DNA of 16,487 nucleotides from Octopus sinensis. Its lineage: Eukaryota. The translations under genes and the position numbers were made by a program. The stretch lies in the NCBI RefSeq assembly GCF_006345805.1, contig NW_021825221.1:1-16487 (forward strand), read 5' to 3'. Below, one piece after another: positions 9,320 through 16,487 of this stretch. How positions within the stretch are numbered: the first letter of the stretch is position 1; every line of letters begins with the position of its first letter. The notes beneath the pieces were generated by a model that saw nothing but the letters and a program-made list of their open reading frames with translations, ran no database searches and had not been told where the DNA came from.

Positions 9320-9589
9320 TGTGTGTGTGTCAATGTTTGTGTGTGTATATACATATATATATGTATACGTGTATGTGTGTTTACATGTATATATGTGTGT
9401 ATACGTGTGTGTGTTTACATGTATATATATGTGTGTGTGTGTGCGTCTGTGTGTGCATATATGTGTGTATACGTGTGTGGGTGTTTACATGTATATATAT
9501 AGATATATGTGTGTGTGTGTTATGTGTGTGTGTCTGTCTGTGTGTGTATGCGTATGTATGTATGTTTCTATGTATTTATTTAGGTGTGT

Positions 9590-9788
9590 GTCTTTGTATT
9601 TGTGTTTGCCCCCACCACTATCACTTTACAACCGATGTTGGCCTATTTATACCCAAGTAACTTAGCGGTTCGGCAAAAGAGACCGATAGAATGAGTACCG
9701 GGCTTATAAAGAATAAGCTCTGGGGTCAATTTCTTCGACTCAAAGGCGGTGCTCCAGCATGACCACAGTCAAACGACTGAAACAAGGA
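9590..9788 (+). mobile_element. SINE family A 3' half
   Basis: acaaccgatg..taacttagcggttcggcaaaagagaccgatagaat..aaggcggtgctccagcatg..gactgaaacaag. Confidence 0.8.
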
Positions 9789-10142
9789 AGAACCCATAAA
9801 TAAGAAATACTCCCTTATTTCTGTGCTACCCTCTGAACCCATTGCGATTCTTGGATTCTTCAGAACAACTGTGGAGTGATGTCCTAGCCTTAACTACATT
9901 TTTTTCGATAGTCAGTAGCCCTGTTCGAGTCTTGGAATCACTATTATTGTTTTCTGAGTGTGTTTTGTGTGTATGGGTGAGTGTGCATGTATATTAGTAT
10001 GTGTATAAATATATAAGGACACAGGAAAAAACAATGTGTCGAAGCTATCAGGAAGCGTCGATGCTTCCTAGGGCTAAACAGCGGTGGTGTAATCCCCTAT
10101 TGCACGTTAAATTGACAGTATACAACCATTCAATATATATAT

Positions 10143-10179
<37 letters not shown>

Positions 10180-10331
10180 CTATATATATATATATATATA
10201 TAAATAATCAAAGATCCTTCCCTCCGACAATACGCTCATAAGGACACTTTCCCGAATTCTTTTGTGCCTATTTTCCTTCCCTGGACGGGACCACCTGTCC
10301 GTCACAATGTATATATGATATATATATAGAT

Positions 10332-10363
<32 letters not shown>

Positions 10364-10409
10364 ATATATAAAATGTGTGTTTATGTGTGTGTGTGTGTGT
10401 GTGAATATG

Positions 10410-10588
10410 TTTGTGTGTTTGTGTCTCTTCAACATCGCTTGACAACCGATGCTGGTGTTTTTACGTCCTCGTTAGCAGTTAAGCAGAAGATACAGATAGA
10501 ATAAGTACTAGCTTACAAAAAATAACTCCTGGGTTCGATTTGCTGAACTAAAGGCGGTGCTCCAGCATGGCCGCAGTCAAAAAGAGTA
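10410..10588 (+). mobile_element. SINE family A 3' half
   Basis: catcgcttgacaaccgatgctggtg..gatagaataagtacta..ctaaaggcggtgctccagcatggccgcagtcaa. Confidence 0.8.
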
Positions 10589-10674
10589 TATGTAAATACA
10601 ATATGATTGGCCGCTAGTTACTAAAGCTTTCTGTTTTTTTTTTAATTCTCTCTCTGTTTATTTTCTCTTGTTCC

Positions 10675-10708
10675 TTTCTGTTGAAGAGCATAGGCTCGAA
10701 ATGTCAAA
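10675..10708 (+). ncRNA. Variant/degenerate hammerhead motif in a pLTR-like fragment (~10600-10800)
   Basis: UUU-CUGUUGA-A-GAGC(auag)GCUC-GAAA-UG-UC|AAA; core A6 is replaced by U; downstream sequence resembles the minus strand of 1186-1290. Confidence 0.55.
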
Positions 10709-10889
10709 TACTTTCTTACTTTCCCAAGCATCTAACTAATACAGCTGTCTGTCGTATGCACATTGTCTTCGTCTTTTGTTTTTCTGTAAATTCCAACTAT
10801 ATACTTATATATATATATTATATATATATATATATATTAACAATAACGATTCATGTACTGTTCATCCCTAAACATTTTTTCTCCGTTTT

Positions 10890-11175
10890 TTTTCTTCATT
10901 GAGTCTGGCTTGAAGATTGGCACAAAAGATCATCTGAACATCCTGAAGAGCTGTCATCTTGGATGGAACAGAAGTTTGGGCTTGACAATGTGGTGCTTAT
11001 CCAGGATTCTACACCATGTCATGGGTCAAAAGCAACACAAGCCTTCCTTGGTGAGAAGACGCCATTTTTTGTGAGGGCCAACATCTGGCCCAGTAATAGC
11101 CCAAATCTCAACCTTCTCGATAACTTTTTATGGGGCGTACTTCAAGAAAGGACCAATGCTTCACCACACTCGAAG
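10890..11175 (+). pseudogene. Tc1/mariner superfamily transposase fragment, DD37D (maT-like)
   Basis: VLIQDSTPCHGSKATQAFL..WPSNSPNLNLLDNFLWGVLQ; 37 residues separate the two catalytic-position aspartates. Confidence 0.85.
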
Positions 11176-11626
11176 ATCTGTCTGTCTGTCTCTCTGTCTC
11201 TCTCGCTGTCTGTCTGTCTCTCTCGCTGTCTGTCTGTCTGTCTGTCTCTCTCTCTTCTCTCTCTCTCTCTCTCTCTCTCTATAATATATATATATATATA
11301 TTATATATAATATATATTGATACATATATTATATAACATATATATGTATGTTTATCCATTTCTATATTTCTATATATATATATATATATATGTCTATATG
11401 TATGTATATATTTGTGTATGTATATATATATATATGCATTAACATATGTATGTATGTATGTATTATGTATGTATCTATCTACCTATCTATCAATATATAT
11501 GCACATACATACAACACACACGATACATACATACATACATACATACATACACACATACATAAATACACACACACATACATACACATACATACATACATAC
11601 ATACAAACATACAACACACACGATAC
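11176..11626. repeat. Compound (TCTG)/(TC)/(TA)/(TACA) microsatellite
   Basis: Directly visible. Confidence 0.9.
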
Positions 11627-11938
11627 TCTGTCAAAGGAAAGATTTCGCAATTAGCTCGGAAGCAAAATTACGTACGACGAATCTGAATGAATTAATTCTC
11701 GATAAGATTAAATGAATCTGTCACACTTAAACGTTGTCTCACAGGGTTAGAGCCACAAATTACTTTAGACGGACGCTAGAGATGGTTTCTCATACGCAAT
11801 TAATGAAATCATGTGTCTTGGTTTATGAATGTCATTTCTCACATTACTAAATATCCATCCATCGTACCGCTTCAATTATTCCACCGGATATCTAATGATG
11901 TGTCTGTGTGTAACTACCCGCCACCCCTCCACATACAC

Positions 11939-12550
11939 ATCAGGCTGAGTAAAACGTAAGCAACGTTTTGAAACACGAAATTCATCACAACATATTTCGA
12001 CAATGCGGTAATTTTATTCCTCAGTGTAAGTACCATTACAATCAACATATTTTTTTTCCAAAAAGTTAAAAGTTTGTTTATTCCGGTAACATAAAAATCT
12101 GGGAGTTCTGGAGCTGATGAACTCTTTCAACGTACTTTAAGCATCGGTTTCATTCTTGAACTCCTTCTCTCGCAGGAAACCAAAAAGTGACAGTCGGCAG
12201 GAGAAAGGTCTGGGCAATAACCGGGGTGGAGAAGAACTTCGTAGCCAATTTCCCTCGACTTCTGAAGCGTCATTAGTGAAACGTGTAGTCGAACATTGTC
12301 ATGAAGAATGATTGGCTCTCTTCTGTTGACCAGTCTGGGACGGAGGAGTAGCAGCAATTTTTCCTTCATTTTGGCAATGTTTCTGTAGTAATGGTTTTTC
12401 CGGGTTTTAAGAAGTTATAGTAGCCGAGTGCAGCATTACACCACCAAACAGTCACCATAACCTTGTTTTTGAAGAGCTCGGTTTTAGGGAAGGTATACGA
12501 TGCTTCATTTTGGTCCAACCACTACGAAGAATGTTTTTTTATTATTGCAT
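11939..12550 (-). mobile_element. Mariner (DD34D) transposon 3' fragment with probable terminal inverted repeat at ~11939-11972
   Basis: KVMVTVWW..YYNFLKPGKTIT, ILHDNVRLH..LLHPGYCPDLSPADCHF (34-residue D-D spacing), C-terminal YVDCNGTYTEE*; frameshifted; the partner TIR is not seen. Confidence 0.85.
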
Positions 12551-12566
12551 AGACTCAACTGGAGTT

Positions 12567-12572
12567 CTATAT

Positions 12573-12625
<53 letters not shown>

Positions 12626-12738
12626 ATATATATGTATGTATGTATGTATGTATGATATATGTATGTATGTATGTGTGTATGTTTGTGCATATATACATAC
12701 GTATATGTACATACCTACATCTATACGTAATATATATA

Positions 12739-12784
<46 letters not shown>

Positions 12785-12880
12785 TATGTGGGCACAGGGC
12801 GTCACGAAACGTGTACAACAAAAAAGTACGAAGCAGGAGTACATGTATATTATATATACATACACACACAACACACACAC

Positions 12881-12921
<41 letters not shown>

Positions 12922-12922
12922 T
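12567..12922. repeat. Compound (TA)/(TATG)/(CA) microsatellite region
   Basis: Directly visible. Confidence 0.9.
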
Positions 12923-12923
12923 A

Positions 12924-12950
12924 CTAGCAGAGATACCCGGCGTTGCCCGG
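12924..12950 (-). mobile_element. Helitron-like 3' terminus
   Basis: Minus strand CCGGGCAACGCCGGG (GC hairpin), 8 nt, CTAG, then T; matches the Helitron hairpin + CTRR end. The 5' end was not located. Confidence 0.6.
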
Positions 12951-13522
12951 TTACATTCAATTGAAGAATAGACTTTCTGTTATATTTTCTGAATGAACTG
13001 GAATATCTGTTTCGAATTCATCAAAATTGCAGATGAGGTGATTTCCCTCTTTACACACCCTAAAAAATTGTAATCGTGCCACATGGAAACCAAAAGACGA
13101 ATGATCACAATAAGCAGTCAGTTACCCTACGCTAGTTGTTACCACTCCCAATGTAGGATTCCTCACCATCCAGGTAAACGGCTCAGCCGTAAGATGCATT
13201 ACGAATCTATAGCAATTGGAGGAGGCGTAACCCACTGAAACAACCATTAACAACTGTGTAACTGAGGGCTTAGGAGAAATTAAAGTGTCACCTCTGGAGT
13301 TTGCAAATGAACACTATACTGATACGTAACTGGACAGAATGAATTTAAAATCTATAAATGTCTTTGAATAACCAGTCACTCAACTGGGAAGGCCTTGAAA
13401 TCAATGTTACCATCTGGGAACTATGTGTGACCGAGTGATAATAAAAAGACTGATAGGAGGTCTGCAATCAAATAACTTTACTCAACACTTTGCAACTGAA
13501 TCAGTGGAGACAAAGATGCCTC

Positions 13523-15586
13523 TCATTTACTCATAGTTTCTTGTTGACGTCTTTTCTTGTCTTTCCATTTCTCCTCTCTCTCTATGTCACTCCTTTGTGT
13601 TCCCCCTTTTACGGTACGTCGCCAATCTCCACGGTTGCTGGCAACTGCTTCCCAGTTGCTAATATTGATGTTGCAGGCATTCATGTCCCTTTTGCAAACA
13701 TCCTTGTATCGTAAGAACGGTCTTCCCACAGACCTAGTGCACCTAGCAAGCTCTCCGCTGAGTATGTCATTGGGGATTCTGCCATCTTTCATACAGCTAA
13801 CATGCCCAAGCCATCTCATACGTCTTTGTGTGAGGAGTGTAAACATGCTTGGTATTCCTGCTTGCTTGAGGACATCTTTGTTGGGGACATGATTCTGCCA
13901 TTTGATGCGAAGGATTTTCCGGAGGCAGCACAGGTGAAAGATATTTAGGCAACGTATGGCGTCGTATGGCGTGTGTATGGCGTCCAAGTCTCACTTCCAT
14001 ACAGTAGAGTGCTAAGTACACATGCCTGGTAAATCTTCATTTTTGTGGTCTTGGTCAGCTTATTGTTGTCCCATGCCCGTATGGAGTGTTGGGCCATCAC
14101 AGCAGCTGCCTTGTCAATGCGTATATTGAGCTCAGTATCAAGGGATAGGTTGTAGGTGACGGTAGAGCCAAGATAGGTAAACTTCTCCACCTCCTTAGTC
14201 TGTGGTCTCCAATATGTATGTTTGGGATGTCCGATGTAGTGACCATGGTGTCTTCTTGAGGCTGATAACTAAGCCAAAGTTGCCACATGTTGCTCAAAAC
14301 AGTTGATGAGCCTTTGTAGGGGCTTCTTCCTGTGTGTGATACTAGAGCGGCATCATCAGCACAAATAGCATCTCCTTGATCAGGACGCTTCTGATTTTGG
14401 TCTTGGCACAGCAGCGCGAGAGATTGAACAGTTTTCCCATTACTTCTACTGTGCAGAAACACTCCCATCTGATGTCACAAAGGCATGTGACAGCACAGCG
14501 AGAAGAAGATGCTAAATAATGTAAGATCAGGACACACAACCTGCTTTATACCCCATTTTTTATTTGGAAGGCGGCTGATGTTGAACCATTGTATATGGTT
14601 GCCTTGTATCATCATGGAAAGATTTGATGATCCTCAGCCAGCTTTGGTGGACATCCGATTTTTTGGAGCAGGATGAAGAGGCCTTTTCTACTTATCAAGT
14701 CAAACGCCTTTGTCAGATCAAGAAGGCCATATATAATGGCATTTTCCGCTCTCTGGACTTCTCCTGAAGTTGGCGTATGGAGATATCATGCAATAGTTGA
14801 TCTGTTTCTTCTAAAGCCACACTGCGATTCTGGATAAATCGAGAAGCAAGCAGTTGTAGCTGGACAGGATAATGTGAGCAAAGGCCTTTCCAACAGTGCT
14901 TAGAAGAGATATTCCACGGTAATTGTTACAATCACACGGTCACCTTTGTTTTTGTAAAGCGTAATGATGTGAGAATCCCGCATATCCTGAGGGACTGTAC
15001 CCTCTTCCCAGCACTGACACGAAGCTCATGAATGTGCCGAAGCAGGATGGTGTTTTGTTTGCCGTTTTGATGATCTCTAAGGGGATGCCGTCTTTTCCGG
15101 AGCTTGTTACTTGGGTAGGAGTCAATAGCCTTGGTGCTCTGCTATAGATGGCAGACTGTCAAGTTCACACATGACTGGCAAGATCTTGACACACCCTCGA
15201 TTGCAGCCTCAGCTACGTGGTCTCTCGTGTAGAGATCCTGGCAGTACTCCAACCCCCCATCTATCCATTTGCTTGCTTTGGTCCTTGATGAGATCCCCAG
15301 TAGTTGATTGCAGAGGGGCTGACTTAGTTGCGGATGGACTGAGGGCCTTCTTCAAACCGGCATACATCCCACGGGTGTCGCCACTGTCAGCAGCTGATTG
15401 GATACTCTGACAGATTTCCTGCCAATACCTATTTTCACAGCGTCTGGCAGTCAGTTGGGTTTTATTTCTTGCCTTTTGAGTTCTTCGAATGACTTTATAG
15501 AAGAATCACTCTTGTATTACATCAGAGCTGCACGCTTTGTTTCGATAACTGTTTCCAGCTCTGAGAGCCCAGCACTGAACAAAATC
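13523..15586 (-). mobile_element. RTE-clade LINE reverse transcriptase pseudogene, 5'-truncated
   Basis: Fragments YWQEICQSIQSAADSGDTRGMY, NNYRGISLLS, QCGFR, DLTKAFDL, CADDAAL, FTYLGS, LLYGSETWT, CLRKILRIKWQ..RWLGHV..DGRIP..GRP.LRYKDVCKRDM across many frameshifts. Confidence 0.92.
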
Positions 15587-15844
15587 TGGGTTTTGCCTTT
15601 CTCGCCGCCATCTCTTCAATTATCCGGCCGGCGTGGATTTCCACTACGGCATCCGAAACTCGGAGTTTTATCATGGCTACCGAATAATTGTCACATATTT
15701 CATTTACAGATAAATTCCTCTATTTACATAATATCGAGGTCTCTTTCTTTTGTTGTCTACCGTTTTTTATCATATATATATTATATATATATATAATATA
15801 TATATGTAGTATGTATGTATGTATGTATGTATGTTGTATATATA

Positions 15845-16140
15845 AGTAAATAGATGGAGTTGAACGCAGGTTTTATTTAAATTCTTCTACTTTCGACATA
15901 TGTTTCGAAGATAGCATTGGTTTTATTCCAAAGGAATAAACGGTGTAAAATAATGTAATCTTCTCATCAGGAAAAAAAGAGAACCTATCTCAACAACAAG
16001 ATATTATAACAATTTTGATGACTGCATAAATGATAAACAAAACGCTATTAAGTATTTTTTAAAAAACCGTTAGTAGATCCGACGTCAAAGGCAAATCATA
16101 GGAAGAGAAGGGGTAAAGAAATAATAAGTAGAGAACAAAT
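15845..16140 (-). mobile_element. Inverted PLE pLTR related to the 1420/1920 units
   Basis: Shares atggagttgaacg, tcgacatatgtttcgaag and cttctcatcaggaaaaa with the left arm of 1420-1566; begins at a TA/TATG tract; right boundary approximate. Confidence 0.7.
15890..15975 (-). ncRNA. Type I hammerhead ribozyme
   Basis: Minus strand: UUUUC-CUGAUGA-GAAGAU...AUCUUC-GAAA-CAUAUG-UC|GAAAG. Confidence 0.85.
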
Positions 16141-16147
16141 AAAGAGG

Positions 16148-16360
16148 GATATATTGGTTGGAAAAATGTTCAAAGGCTTGGAAGTAAAAAAAATACGGAA
16201 GGTTAAAATAGGTTAGTTAGGATTTTTCGTAGAATGGGTTTTCATATCGTTTTTGACGATGAGATAACTAAAGCTAACTTCTTAGATATTACTCTTAGTT
16301 TGCATAATAACTCATACTTCCCATAACACAAACCTTCCGCCAATCTCAAGTATATCTTGA
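16148..16360 (+). pseudogene. Penelope-like reverse transcriptase fragment
   Basis: DILVGK.., frameshift, then RLVRIFRRMGFHIVFDDEITKANFLDITLSLHNNSYFP*HKPSANLKYI; same motif block as the RT at 4000-4300; may continue to the window edge. Confidence 0.8.
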
Positions 16361-16487
16361 CCACAGTTATTGGCTACCAAATGTCATTATACAAGAGGAA
16401 ATACTCCTGTCACTGGATATACATATGAAATTCCATAGTTTTCCAAGAGTTCATGCAAAAAGAGATTAGAGAATTGGTTGGTGGCAT

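Noticed and set aside
10051-10068. Hairpin ggaagc-gtcgat-gcttcc next to ctgata on the minus strand
   Set aside because: The core reads CUGAUAG, with no stem II or GAAA; not a hammerhead
10283-10300. Hairpin ggacggg-acca-cctgtcc in a TA-flanked island
   Set aside because: A single small stem with no further support
28-12971. Many ORFs rich in YI/CV/HT/poly-I/poly-V/poly-N
   Set aside because: They are translations of microsatellites and show no domain signal
13557-15796. Plus-strand ORFs (13557-13892, 15171-15410, 15398-15796; also 3776-4030, 5964-6248)
   Set aside because: Antisense shadows of retroelement coding remnants

Overview
Repeat-saturated, AT-rich eukaryotic DNA with no supportable host gene. 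The SINE families resemble those I recall from Octopus genomes, which is an inference. The window holds decayed transposon relics: two Penelope-like elements (PLEs; RT and GIY-YIG remnants), an RTE-clade LINE, an R4/Dong-like LINE inside (TAA)n, mariner DD34D and maT DD37D transposase fragments, a Helitron-like 3' end, two SINE families and many microsatellites. The most notable signal is a dense set of hammerhead ribozyme (HHR) motifs: eight with an intact core plus degenerate relics. Six sit in long palindromes that place one ribozyme on each strand. One palindromic unit is tandemly duplicated with a 500-bp period, so same-strand cleavage sites could release a ~500-nt self-complementary, retrozyme/viroid-like RNA from either strand. 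Ribozyme activity and expression are inferred, not shown.
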